DNA of 64,000 nt, from the NCBI GenBank assembly GCA_963804565.1, contig CAWDQV010000001.1, forward strand, positions 2,046,026 to 2,110,025, given 5' to 3'. A program made the translations under genes and the position numbers. The notes beneath the pieces are model-generated. The model saw only the letters and a program-made list of their open reading frames with translations, did no database searches and was not told the DNA's origin. How positions within the stretch are numbered: the stretch's first letter is position 1; the number at the start of each line of letters is the position of its first letter. This DNA is from Candidatus Dormiibacterota bacterium. GTDB lineage: Bacteria > Chloroflexota > Dormibacteria > Aeolococcales > Bog-877. Shown here in pieces: positions 20,878 through 30,577 of the stretch.

Positions 20878-22065
20878 TCAGGCGGTGATCCTGCCAGTGA
20901 CCAGCAGCACTGCCAGGGCCCCCATCACGAAGACCAGGGCCCAGAGGACGAGGAAGCCCCCGCGGGCTCGGACGTGAGCGCCCGACGGCTTCGGCTCCAT
21001 CGAAATCAGCTGCGTGGACCCGCTCGCCGAGGCTGGGCTTAGCCCGGCTTCTTCGGATCGGAAGGGCAGGGACTGGGCCCGCAGTGCCGCGGGCGTCAAC
21101 GGAGGCTCGACCGACGACGGGGCCGGTGAGGGGGTGGGGGAAACCACCACGGGTCTTGGTCGCTGGTTGGCTGGGGACGGCACGGAGTAGGCCGGAGATC
21201 GCGGAAGCGTTGCCTCGCCGCCGATCGCAGACGGCGGTGGAACTGCTCGGAACGCTGAGGTGCGCTCCGGTGGCGAGAGCCCCCTCAGCGCCAGTACGAA
21301 CTCGGTCGCGCTGGTGAACCGCTCTCGGGGAGTCGGGGCCAGTGCCCGCATGATCGCCCGGTCAACCGCCGGTGGCAGCTGGGCCCGCAGCCGGCTGGGA
21401 GGCACGATCGGGCCGTCAGCGGCCGGCGGCCGGCCCACCAGGAGATAGTAGGCGAGTGCCGCGAGCCCCCAGAGGTCGCTGGCGCGTCCCGGCTCGTAGC
21501 TGCTGGGAGCTTCCGGCGGGCGGAAGGCCCTGGTGATGCCGAGCCACTCGGCAGCTGGCGTGACGCGGCTGACCACAGTTCGGATCGCGTTCCCGGCAAG
21601 CACCGGGCCCGACTCAGCGATGGCGACCGTCGCTGGCTGAACGTCCCCATGGATGATTCCGCGTGCGTGCATCTGATCGAGCGTCCTGGCCAGGCGGCCG
21701 GTGACAGCAAAGACTCCCGGAGCTCTGCCGGCCTGGAGCAGGCTGACCAGGAATCCGTGGGCAGCGTCTTCGGTAGCCAGATACACGACCGGGTCCGGTG
21801 GTTCGCGGATGCCGATGTCGAGCATCCGGAGCAGGCCGGGGACGCTGGTGGCGCGCCGGTCGCCGGCCAATTGCTGGAGCGCCTCAAGGAACCCGGCTGC
21901 GGTGGCGTACGGCTCTTGAAAGGTCCAGACCAGCACCGCACGACCGTTGGTAAGGTCGGCGCCCCGGTAGATGCTTGCGTAGGGCAGCACCTGCAGCCGT
22001 CCCACCAGCCGGTAGCGGCCGATGGCAGCCCCCTTCAGCTCGTCGACCCGCACGGTGGCTCCCAT
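20878..22065 (-). CDS. Tail-anchored Ser/Thr-kinase-like protein, predicted pseudokinase
   Basis: The kinase fold is recognisable (HGDVQPATV, PPEA, SDLWGLAALAYYLLVG). However, the Gly-loop is absent, the beta3 Lys is replaced (LVWTF), and DFG reads AGN. A Pro/Ser-rich linker and one C-terminal TM helix follow. Confidence 0.65.
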   Translation of the reverse strand: MGATVRVDELKGAAIGRYRLVGRLQVLPYASIYRGADLTNGRAVLVWTFQEPYATAAGFLEALQQLAGDRRATSVPGLLRMLDIGIREPPDPVVYLATEDAAHGFLVSLLQAGRAPGVFAVTGRLARTLDQMHARGIIHGDVQPATVAIAESGPVLAGNAIRTVVSRVTPAAEWLGITRAFRPPEAPSSYEPGRASDLWGLAALAYYLLVGRPPAADGPIVPPSRLRAQLPPAVDRAIMRALAPTPRERFTSATEFVLALRGLSPPERTSAFRAVPPPSAIGGEATLPRSPAYSVPSPANQRPRPVVVSPTPSPAPSSVEPPLTPAALRAQSLPFRSEEAGLSPASASGSTQLISMEPKPSGAHVRARGGFLVLWALVFVMGALAVLLVTGRITA

Positions 22066-22155
22066 CTTACGGTCCGGTGATCTTGCCCGCCGACAGCCGC
22101 CAGTTCCGGCCTATGCTCTCAGCGTGACCGATCGGCTCCACCGAGGCGGCTGAGA

Positions 22156-22461
22156 GTGGGGCCTGGCGAGTTCCAGGGCTTGCCGCCGGTTCCGCCCGAG
22201 CGGCTCTGCGGCTGCGGCCAGCGCACCCGCTGGAGTCACCTCCAATACCTTGGCCGGGGCCGCACCGCGGCGGTCTACGTGTGTGCCGGCTGCGGTCTCG
22301 CGTATCGCGGCCGAGAAGGCGACGGTGCAAGGAATTCCACGCCACCCAAGACCCGGAAGCCATTACCCCAGGAGGGTCCTCCCGAGAACCCGGTCCTGGG
22401 TGAAGAGATGGCGGCGAGGCTGCGGCAGCTGATTTCAGACGACAGACCCCAGGTGCCATAA
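22156..22461 (+). CDS. Hypothetical small protein with a CxC...CxxC zinc-ribbon-like motif
   Basis: 101 aa containing CGCG...VCAGCG. No family recognised. Coding status is uncertain in this GC-rich background. Confidence 0.3.
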   Translation: MGPGEFQGLPPVPPERLCGCGQRTRWSHLQYLGRGRTAAVYVCAGCGLAYRGREGDGARNSTPPKTRKPLPQEGPPENPVLGEEMAARLRQLISDDRPQVP

Positions 22462-23235
22462 CTACCGCACGTAGCGGTCCAACCAATCAGCCCCCGCGGT
22501 GGTCACTTCCTCACGGTCGATGTCGACGCTGATCCCGTGACCGCTCCTCGGGAACAGGCGCAGAGCTCGAATCTCGGAGCTGACGCGACCGATGATTCGT
22601 TCCGCATTGGACGGATCGACGACGGAGTCCCGACCGCCCTGGAGCAGCAGAAGGGGCCGAATGATCGCCGGCAACTCGTGCTCGACAAGTCGGCCCAGTT
22701 GGGCCAGATGGTTGATGGCCCGGGTAGGCCTGCGGCGGTAGCTGTAAAGCTGGTGCACCGCCTCCCGGTCATACAGGTCGACCTCCCCGGACGCGATCTC
22801 CCAGCGCACCAGGTGCTGCGCCAGCGGCAGCAGCCCCACCCTCCAGTCACGTAGCCTGAGAAAGCCAGCCATCGAGACCACGGCTCGGGGCTCGGGGCGG
22901 GTCGCCGCCAGGTGCAAGGCTATTGTCGCGCCCATCGACTGCCCGGCTACTCCCACAAAGCGGCACCGAGCGCGGAGTTGGTCCAGCGCCTGATTCGCCG
23001 AGGTGATCCAGTCGTGGTGATCCGTCTGCTCCAAATCTTCCGGGGTGGTCCCGTGTCCAATCAGGAGCGGGGCGAAAACGGTGAACCCCCGTCGGGCGAG
23101 CTCATCGGCCAGACGTCGTAACTCTGGTGGGGTTCCGGCAAATCCGTGCAGCAAAAGAACGCCGCGCTCGCCGCCCTCCAGCCAGTACGGGTCGATCGGA
23201 TCCTGGGCCAGGAATTCGGGCTCTCTATGAGTCAC
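22462..23235 (-). CDS. Alpha/beta hydrolase (esterase/lipase-like)
   Basis: LLLHGFAGTP oxyanion region and GQSMGA nucleophile elbow. Confidence 0.75.
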   Translation of the reverse strand: MTHREPEFLAQDPIDPYWLEGGERGVLLLHGFAGTPPELRRLADELARRGFTVFAPLLIGHGTTPEDLEQTDHHDWITSANQALDQLRARCRFVGVAGQSMGATIALHLAATRPEPRAVVSMAGFLRLRDWRVGLLPLAQHLVRWEIASGEVDLYDREAVHQLYSYRRRPTRAINHLAQLGRLVEHELPAIIRPLLLLQGGRDSVVDPSNAERIIGRVSSEIRALRLFPRSGHGISVDIDREEVTTAGADWLDRYVR

Positions 23236-23383
23236 TGGGCGCCACCATCACCGGCAGCCTAGCGAACCGGCTCCCGGCCCAACGCGCTTCACTCCGTAGA
23301 CTCGGCCGGTGACCAACATCCTGCTCCGGCCGGAGAACGTCCGTGATACTCGGTTCGATCGCGACTTCGGGGGCCTGGCCCGC

Positions 23384-23845
23384 ATGGGGCCGCGGCTGCG
23401 GGCGCTGTTGCAGCTCTGCCCGGCCGATGGGTCCGCCGCCGACGTCGGCAGCGGCCATGGTCGGCTGGCACTGGAGTTGAAGCGCCAGAACCCGTCACGG
23501 CGAGTCTTCGCGACAGAGAGCTCTCCCGGGCCGGAAGCTGAGCTCCGCCGCCTGCTGGGGACGGAGAGTGGAGTCCAGATCTTGACTGGCGAGGGGCTAG
23601 GGCCTCTCCAGGGATTGGATTGTCAAGGCGCGGTGATCGCGGGCATGGGCGGTTCAACGATCGCGCAGATGTTGCGACAACACTCCCAGGTCACCGCTGA
23701 AATGGAGTGGCTGCTGCTGCAGCCGGCGCAGCGCTCGGAGCGGCTTTGGGAATGGCTGCGGGAAGCGGGGTGGCGGCTGCGGCATCATCATCAGGTCCTG
23801 GAGAAAGCCCATCTTTATCAGCTATTTCTAGTAACGCCCCGGTGA
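23384..23845 (+). CDS. trmK: tRNA (adenine22-N1)-methyltransferase TrmK-like
   Basis: RLRALLQL...ADVGSGHGRLA, IAGMGG and LLLQP motifs. Start moved to ATG 23384 (track ORF begins at 23309). Confidence 0.55.
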   Translation: MGPRLRALLQLCPADGSAADVGSGHGRLALELKRQNPSRRVFATESSPGPEAELRRLLGTESGVQILTGEGLGPLQGLDCQGAVIAGMGGSTIAQMLRQHSQVTAEMEWLLLQPAQRSERLWEWLREAGWRLRHHHQVLEKAHLYQLFLVTPR

Positions 23846-24534
23846 AAGTCGCCGAGGCACTCGCCGCCGTCGAGGCTCTCGACCTGCGTCGCCAGGCTTT
23901 GCTCGACCAGCAAGAGCAGGCGGCCCAGCGGGCCAAGACCGATCCCACCGTACGCCAGCTGCGCCAGCGCCGAGCGGCGCTCGACGCTCAAGCGCAGCAC
24001 CAAGCGTCCCAGCTGAAACAGCTGGAGCTTGAGGTGGCCGAGTTAGCCGATCGGGCCCGCGCCCATGAGAAGGCGATCTACGACGGTAGCGTCCGACACC
24101 CTGCTGACCTGCAGCGGCGGCAGCATGAACTGGAGACGCTCCGGGTCAAGATCCAGGGCCTGGAAGAATCTGAACTTGGCCAGATGGAAACCCAAGAACA
24201 GACCTCGTCGGAGCTGAGTGAGGCCACCAGCCAACTCGCCCATCGCGAGCAGGTGGTAGAGGAGTTGCGAGCCGCCGACCGACGCAACGCCGCGAGCCTG
24301 GCGGGAGACCTAGCGAGCGTCGAAGATGAGCGTCGTCGCCTCGCCGAATCCGTTACCGCGGCCCAACTCCGCACCTTCGAGCGAACGGCAGCCCGGCGCA
24401 GGCCGGCGGTTGCCAAGGTCGTGGGCGGGAGCTGCAGCGGCTGCCGACTGCCACTGCCCTCCAGGCTTCTGCAGGAGGCTCGGGGGGAAGAGCTGGTGAC
24501 CTGCGAAAACTGCGAGCGGATCCTCCTGCTTTGA
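23842..24534 (+). CDS. COG1579/DUF164 coiled-coil zinc-ribbon protein
   Basis: Long coiled coil followed by CSGCRLPLP...CENCERILL. GTG 23842 overlaps the trmK stop (GTGA). The track ORF starts at 23707 in the same frame. Confidence 0.65.
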   Translation: MKVAEALAAVEALDLRRQALLDQQEQAAQRAKTDPTVRQLRQRRAALDAQAQHQASQLKQLELEVAELADRARAHEKAIYDGSVRHPADLQRRQHELETLRVKIQGLEESELGQMETQEQTSSELSEATSQLAHREQVVEELRAADRRNAASLAGDLASVEDERRRLAESVTAAQLRTFERTAARRRPAVAKVVGGSCSGCRLPLPSRLLQEARGEELVTCENCERILLL

Positions 24535-24995
24535 CTGGCCAAAACGTCACGCTCACCGAGTGGGTGGACGGCTACTGCGATGGTGCCTGTAGCGGCAACC
24601 CCGGCCCCGGGGGATGGGCATACCGGATCGAGTGGGTGGAAGGGGCCGAAGAGGGTTCCGCAGGTGAGCCCCAGACCACCAGCAATCGGATGGAACTGAT
24701 CGCCGCGCGCGAGGCGATGACAGCTTTCAGCCGCCGTCGCCAGCCTGCACAGGGCCTTCGGCTGCACACCGACTCGCGCAATGTGATCGGCTGGCTGAGC
24801 GAGCATTGGAAACGCAAGGCCAACCTCGATCTCTTCCCGGAAATAGACCGGCTGTCGTCACTCCTCGGACCGGCCTTGAACTGGCGTCACGTGCGCGGGC
24901 ATCGAGACAACGTGGGCAACAACCGCGTGGATGAACTGGCCGTAGCCGCATGCGAGCGTTTCAAGCCAAACCCCGCGGTCGACAGGCCGGAGTGA
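24531..24995 (+). CDS. rnhA: Ribonuclease HI
   Basis: DGACSGNPGPGGW, NRMEL, TDS and HVRGHRDNVGNNRVDELA motifs carrying the DEDD residues. Confidence 0.85.
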   Translation: MTGQNVTLTEWVDGYCDGACSGNPGPGGWAYRIEWVEGAEEGSAGEPQTTSNRMELIAAREAMTAFSRRRQPAQGLRLHTDSRNVIGWLSEHWKRKANLDLFPEIDRLSSLLGPALNWRHVRGHRDNVGNNRVDELAVAACERFKPNPAVDRPE

Positions 24996-24999
24996 GCGG

Positions 25000-26067
25000 T
25001 TGAGCATCGATGTCGTCCGCGCCCGAGCCGAAACCAGAGGTTGTGAGCGGGTTGTCCACCTCAACAACGCAGGAGCCGCGCTGACTCCGACGCCAGTGGT
25101 CGCCGCTGTCCTGGATCACCTGAGACGCGAAGAGGAGATCGGCTCCGACGAGGCTGAAGCCGAGGCGGCCTCGGCGATCAAGTAAACCTATCAAGCAATC
25201 GCCGACCTATTTGGTTGCAGCGCCGACGAGCCGGCGCTGGTGGAGAATTCCACGCGAGCGTGGGACATGGCGTTCTATGCCATCAACTTCCATCCGGGCG
25301 ACCGCATTCTCACAGGCCGTGCGGAGTATGTGAGCAACATGCTCGCGCTGCCCCAGGTGTCGCGTCGCAGCGGGGTCCAGCTCGAAATTGTGGAAGACGA
25401 CGATCAGGGTCAGCTGGCGGTGGCCGACCTGAAGAGACGACTGGACAGCTACTTGAAATTGGTCGCCGTCACGCACGTGCCGACAGGCGGAGGTCTGGTA
25501 AATCCGGTGGCCGAAATTGGCGCCGCTCCTAGGGCAGCGGGGACAGGCTTCCTCTATGTCCGGCGAGGGTTGATCGAGCAGTTGGAGCAGCCGATTATCG
25601 ACATGCGCGCAGCAATGTGGACTGGTCCCGACCAGTACGCGGTCCGGCCTGATGGCCGCCGGTTCAAGAACTGGGAAGGTTATGTCGCCAGCAAGATTGC
25701 GCTGGGTATAGCCGTCGACTACGCACGTTCGTGGGGTATCGAGGCAATCGCCGAGCGGGTGCAGTTCTTGGCAGAATCACTCCGCGAGCGGCTGCGGCAG
25801 CAACCAGGAGTGACGGTGCACCATCGAGGCTGGCAGCTCTGCGCTATCGTCACCTTCAGTGTCTCCGGACACGACTGCGAGTCGGTGGGGCGCGCGCGGA
25901 GCGAGGCGGGCATCAAAGTCTCCGTGACCCTGGCCAGCTCGGCGCAGCTGGACCTGCCCCGCCGCGGCCAGATGGAGCTGGTCAGGGCGTCGGTGCACTA
26001 CTACAACACCGACAAGGAACTGGACCGAATGGTTGCAGCGCTGCCGTCCCCTAGCCGCGGGCACTGA
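25000..26067 (+). pseudogene. Class-V aminotransferase / cysteine-desulfurase-like gene: in-frame TAA plus internal deletion
   Basis: ORFs 25000..25185 and 25240..26067 are in one frame, separated by a TAA at 25183-25185. Conserved blocks are present (HLNNAGAA, ENSTRAWDMAF, VTHVPTGGGLVNP, TGFLYVRR, VHYYNT). The segment that should carry the PLP-lysine is missing between RAAG and TGFLYV. Confidence 0.7.
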
Positions 26068-26113
26068 CCTGGAGTCCCGGCGAGAGCAACCAGGGAGCCG
26101 ATAAACGCACGCT

Positions 26114-26119
26114 TATAAT
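26114..26119 (+). promoter_or_regulatory. TATAAT -10 box upstream of rnpB
   Basis: Perfect TATAAT, 10 nt upstream of the predicted RNase P RNA 5' end. No convincing -35 box seen. Confidence 0.4.
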
Positions 26120-26129
26120 CGCCACGGGT

Positions 26130-26513
26130 GGCGGGCAGATGACCGCGGCCGGGCAAGCTCCGGTCGAGGAAAGTCCGAGCTCCACAGAGCAGGGCGCCGG
26201 GTAACGCCCGGCGAGGGAAACCTCAGGGAGAGTGCCACAGAAAAACACAGCCAGTGAGCGCACTGGCAACGGTGAAATGGTGGGGTAAGAGCCCACCGGC
26301 AGCCGGGTGACCGGCTGGCCAGGTAAACCCCGCCCGGAGCAAGACCCAGCAGGGTGCGGGTGGCAACACCCCTGGGCGGCTCGCTCAGCAGCACCCGGGT
26401 GGATCGCTAGAGGCGTCGGGTAACCGATGCCGCAGATGGATGGTCATCACCCCTCGGGGGGAGCCCGCCGCGCGGGAGGCCCGAGGGGCACAGAACTCGG
26501 CTTACCGCCCGCC
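26130..26513 (+). ncRNA. rnpB: RNase P RNA, bacterial type A
   Basis: Universal blocks are present: GAGGAAAGTCCGAGCTCCACAGAGCAGGGCGCCGGGTAACGCCCGGCG, AGTGCCACAGAAAAAC, GGTGAAATGGTGGGGTAAGAGCCCACC, GGTAAACCCCGCCCGGAGCAAGACC and ACAGAACTCGGCTTA. The P1 helix is GGCGGGC (26130-26136) paired with GCCCGCC (26507-26513). Confidence 0.9.
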
Positions 26514-26524
26514 TTCCATCTCCC

Positions 26525-26548
26525 CGCAGGGGGGCCAGCCCCCCTGCG
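26525..26548 (+). terminator. GC-rich hairpin downstream of rnpB (10-bp stem, CCAG loop)
   Basis: CGCAGGGGGG-CCAG-CCCCCCTGCG read directly. No clear U-tract follows, so terminator function is tentative. Confidence 0.4.
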
Positions 26549-26620
26549 CCGCTTCCCCTCTGATCTCATCGCGGGAGGTGATCTCCCCAAATCAGGGACG
26601 ATTCCCCCAGTACGAAGAGT

Positions 26621-26664
26621 GCTTGTAGACCAGCTTGTAACCAAGTTAGACAAAGTGATTGACC
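26621..26664 (+). promoter_or_regulatory. Direct repeats upstream of mraZ, candidate MraZ boxes
   Basis: GCTTGTAGACCA and GCTTGTAACCAA in tandem (26621-26644), then degenerate GTTAGAC and ATTGACC units with ~10-13 nt phasing. Confidence 0.4.
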
Positions 26665-26688
26665 TGGGCTCATGGGCCGTGATACAGT
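26659..26688 (+). promoter_or_regulatory. Candidate dcw promoter (Pmra)
   Basis: TTGACC at 26659-26664, 18 nt spacer, TACAGT at 26683-26688, ~80 nt upstream of the mraZ ATG. Confidence 0.4.
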
Positions 26689-26769
26689 CCCCGCGATCTC
26701 CCCTCGGGGGAATTGTGGTGAAATTGGGTAGAGAGCCATCCAGAATGAACGGTGGGATAGGGAGACGAG

Positions 26770-27243
26770 ATGGCGTTCTTCGGCCGCTTCGAGCACTCCC
26801 TCGATGAGCGGGGCCGGGTGGCCATCCCTGCCAGATTCCGTGAGCAGCTTCGAGGGGGCTGGGTCACAGAGCACCCAGCCCACTTCCTCCTGATGTACCC
26901 CCAGCCCGAGTGGGAGGCGATGACAGCGGAGCTCCGCTACGACCCGATCGCCCAGACGGGCTACAGCGACTATCTGCGTCGGCTCTACTCGGCGTCCCAG
27001 GAGATCAGTTGGGACAGTCAGGGCCGGATTCTCCTACTGCCTCCGCTGCGTGTTCACGCCGGGCTAGTCGACAACGTCGTATTCCTGGGCGTGAACAACG
27101 TCGTGGAGATCCACTCCGAGCAGAGCTTCGGCCGACACGCCGGTCCCCTCACCTCCGACGAGTGGGAAGCCATGCGCCAGACCGTCGTCAGCCAGCGGTC
27201 CGTCGGGGTCCCGGTGCCAAGCACCGAGGCGCCCCAGACGTGA
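26770..27243 (+). CDS. mraZ: Transcriptional regulator MraZ
   Basis: MAFFGRFEHSLDERGRVAIPARFR and a second DxxGR repeat (SWDSQGRILLP). Intact. Confidence 0.9.
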   Translation: MAFFGRFEHSLDERGRVAIPARFREQLRGGWVTEHPAHFLLMYPQPEWEAMTAELRYDPIAQTGYSDYLRRLYSASQEISWDSQGRILLLPPLRVHAGLVDNVVFLGVNNVVEIHSEQSFGRHAGPLTSDEWEAMRQTVVSQRSVGVPVPSTEAPQT

Positions 27244-27281
27244 GCGTCATGCTGGGGGTCATGCCCAAGTCGACTCGTCGC

Positions 27282-28266
27282 ATGCTGGTGTCTGACGCCG
27301 CCCCCCCGAGGCACATTTCCGGCACCCATGAGCCGGTGATGGTGGCCGAACTCCTGGAGCTGTTGGCACCTGCGCCCGGGCGAAGTGGTGGTCGACGCCA
27401 CCCTCGGAGCTGGCGGGGTGTCCGCCGCATTCCTGAACCGCGTCCTCCCAGGCGGGCGGGTCTTGGCATTGGATCGAGACCCGTCCGCCATCTCCGCCGC
27501 GACTCGGCGTTTCGCCGAGTACGGTGACGCATTCACCGCCGTGGTGGGCAGATTCTCGGAGTTGGTACCGATCGCCGCGGCACACCAACTCCAAGCGGAC
27601 ATCGTGGTGATCGATCTAGGCATCTCGTCGCTCCAGCTCGACGATCCCCAACGCGGATTCAGCTTCCAGGTCGAGGGACCGTTGGACATGCGGATGGGTC
27701 CGACCCAGCAGTCCCTCACTGCGGAGGACATCATTGCCAGCTACAGCGAATCTGACCTAGCAGACCTGTTCTTCGAGCTGGGTGAGGAGCGGCAGTCGCG
27801 CCGGATCGCGCGCGCCATCGTGGCTCACCGCCATGACTCACCTATTCGCACGACTACTCAGCTCGCGGAAATCTGCGCTCGAGCCGTGCCTCGACGGTTC
27901 TGGCCCAAGCGCATCCACCCGGCAACCAGGGTTTTTCTGGCCCTGCGAGTCGCGGTCAATGACGAGCTCGGCGAGCTCGAACGCGGCCTTGCCGCTGCCA
28001 CACAAATTCTTCGGCCCGATGGGCGAATTGGGACGCTCTCCTTCCAGCCATCCGAACACAGACTCACCAAGCACTCCCTCAACGTCCTAGCAACAGACTG
28101 TGTTTGTCCGTCCCAACAATTGGTCTGCACCTGCGCCCATCGGGCCACCTTCTCCCTGGTAACGCGGCGCTCCATCAAACCCACTGCGGAAGAGGTCGCG
28201 CGCAATCCCCGTGCGCGGTCCGCCCAGCTGCGGGTAGCGCGCCGATTGCCCGACGCCGGCCCTTAG
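27282..28266 (+). pseudogene. rsmH: 16S rRNA (cytosine1402-N4)-methyltransferase RsmH, one frameshift
   Basis: The N-terminus HEPVMVAELLELLAPAPG is in one frame (ATG 27282). EVVVDATLGAGGVS onward is in ORF 27385..28266. The junction is at GGG 27378-27380, where GG would restore the frame. Confidence 0.85.
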
Positions 28267-28347
28267 GCTTCCCCCTCTCGACGCGACGTTCCCCTTTCTC
28301 GTCCCCGCAACCGTCCTTGCTACTTTCCAATTCAGAACTAAGTACTA

Positions 28348-28762
28348 ATGACCACCATCGCCGCCGACCGCCGCATCTGGACGCCGTTTCTTCCTTTCGA
28401 TGAGGACGACGCCTCGAGGGCCGCGGCTCGTCGGCGCGGCCTGCCGCGCTCCCTGATCGCCTGGCTCCTGGTCCCCGCTATGGCCGCGTTGGTGACGGTC
28501 GGGGTGATGTACGCGGCCCAGACCGCCCAGGCCACCGCGCTCACCTACCAGATCGCCTCCCTTCGAGCAGCCAAGGCTCAACTGCTCAACACCGAGGCGC
28601 TGCAGGCTCAGCAGCTCAGATCAGCTGCAGAGCGCTGGTCAGGTGGCGGAGTCCGCCAGCCATCTGGGGATGGTTCCGCCCAGCGGGTGGGCGGTGGTCA
28701 ATCCGCCCGCCACCACCTCCGACCCACTGGCACCAGTGATCATCGCCCTCCGGGGCGGCTGA
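28348..28762 (+). pseudogene. ftsL: FtsL-like cell-division protein, one frameshift
   Basis: A TM helix and coiled coil lie in ORF 28348... The conserved C-terminus LQSAGQVAESASHLGMVPP...IIALRGG-stop (TGA 28760-28762) is in another frame. Junction ~28615. Confidence 0.55.
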
Positions 28763-28766
28763 CCCG

Positions 28767-30576
28767 TTGGCGTACCGGTCCCACCCCGGCCACCGCCCCT
28801 TCACCGCGTCGAAACTTCGGCCCGCCGACCTCGCTCCTTCCCAAGGCTCCAAGAACGCGACCCCCCAAGCCTCCCGACGCGTGGTGGGGGTGACGATCTT
28901 GCTGATCGTGGCCCTGTTGGGGATGGCGGCCCGACTGGTCGACCTGCAGGTGAGCCAGGGCACTCAGCTGGCCGCGGCCGCGGTCGCCCAGCAGGAGCAG
29001 TCAGTAGCCATCCCCGCCGCCCGAGGGCTAATCCTCGACGACGACGGTCAGGTGCTGTCAGGCAATTCCGTCGCTTACGACATTTTCGCCGACCCCGAGG
29101 AGATTCCCGTCCAGTCGAGACTTCACGAGGCCACCGAGCTGAGCCCCTTCCTGGGGATCGCGACCAGCGACCTGGACGCCACGTTCTCGAAGGCGCTGCA
29201 GTTTGTCTACCTAGCCAAGAACCAAACGCCGGCCGTGGAGGCGAAGCTCGCAGCCTGGACCTGGCCGGGATCGGAAGCCTGCCCCTCGAGGTGAGGACCT
29301 ACGGGCCGGGGGCGGTCCCGGGCACCAGTCTCGCCGCCAACCTGATTGGATTCGTCAACGCCGATGGGGTGGGCCAATACGGGCTCGAGGGCTACTACAA
29401 CGACGTCCTCGAGGGCCATCCCGGCAAGGAGTCGGTAGTCCACGACCTGCAGGGCAACGCAGATGGTCCTGAGCGACCAGCCCCAGGTCCCGGCGGTCAA
29501 CGGGCGCAATCTGAACACTGACATCGACGCCGGCCATGCAGGACCACGGTGGAGCAAGACCTGGCTTCCGAGGTCAAGGTCGACAAGGCCTACTCCGGGA
29601 CCATGATCGTGATGAACGTCCACACCGGCGCGATCGTGGCCTGGGCGGACTCCCCGTCATACAACGCCAACGACTACGCGACGCGAAAACGATCAGCCTA
29701 TTCCAGGACGCAGGAATCGCCAACTTGTACGAGCCGGGCTCGGTGATGAAGGTGGTGACCTTCGCTGGAGCCCTGCAAAACCACATCATCACTCCCAACG
29801 CAACCTTCGATGAGACCCCGGCGGCGGCCACGGTGGATGGGCTCCAGATCCATGACTGGGACGATATCTACCACGGGGTGATCTCCTACCAGTACGTGCT
29901 GGACAACTCTCTGAACGTGGGCGCGATGCACGTCGAGGAGCTCGAGGGGCCGCAGCTCTTCTACCAGACCATGCAGAACTTCGGCATCGGCAAGCCGACC
30001 GGGATCGACCTGGCCGGGGAGGAGAACGAGGCTTTGCCGCCGATCTCCCAGGAGACCCCTCTGACCGCTGGCCACCTCCAGCCTTCGGCCAGGGGGTGGT
30101 CGTGACTCCGATCGAGATGCTGGCCGCGGTCAACGCCATCGCCAACGGCGGCGTGTGGGTGCAGCCCCACGTCGTCACCTCGATCACCGGGGGTGGCAGA
30201 CCGACGACGAACATCAAGCCGGAGACCCACCGGGTGGTCTCCGCCCAGACCGCGTCCACCCTGGCCCAGATGATGGTTGCGGGTGATCGACGACCCCGGG
30301 GCCGACGCCTCCGAGGCTCGGATCTGGCCAAGCTGGAAGGGGGAGTTGGCGGGGAAGACGGGAACCGCCGAGGTGGCCCAGAACGGGGTCTACGGCGACA
30401 ACACCATCGACTCCTTCGCGGAATTCCTGCCGGCCAGCGATCCCCAGTACTCGATGATATGCATCCTCCGCGAGCCCCAGGTGGCTCCGACGCTGCGGTA
30501 CTCGTTCTACGACGCCGTCCCCACGGTGAAGAAGGTCACCCAGGTGCTGATCGACCGCTTCAAGCTCCAACCATAA
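28767..30576 (+). pseudogene. ftsI: Penicillin-binding transpeptidase FtsI (class B PBP), at least six frameshifts
   Basis: Stitched from ORFs 28767.., 29291.., 29549.., 29536.., 30096.. and 30277... Motifs EPGSVMKV (SxxK), DNSLN (SxN) and AGKTGTAEV (KTG) are each intact in their local frame. Confidence 0.85.
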
Positions 30577-30577
30577 G

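Noticed and set aside
26051-26807. ORFs 26051..26296(-), 26113..26394(-), 26427..26807(+) and 26440..26628(+) as protein genes
   Set aside because: They overlap the RNase P RNA and its flanks. The RNA signature is unambiguous, and the peptides are low-complexity.
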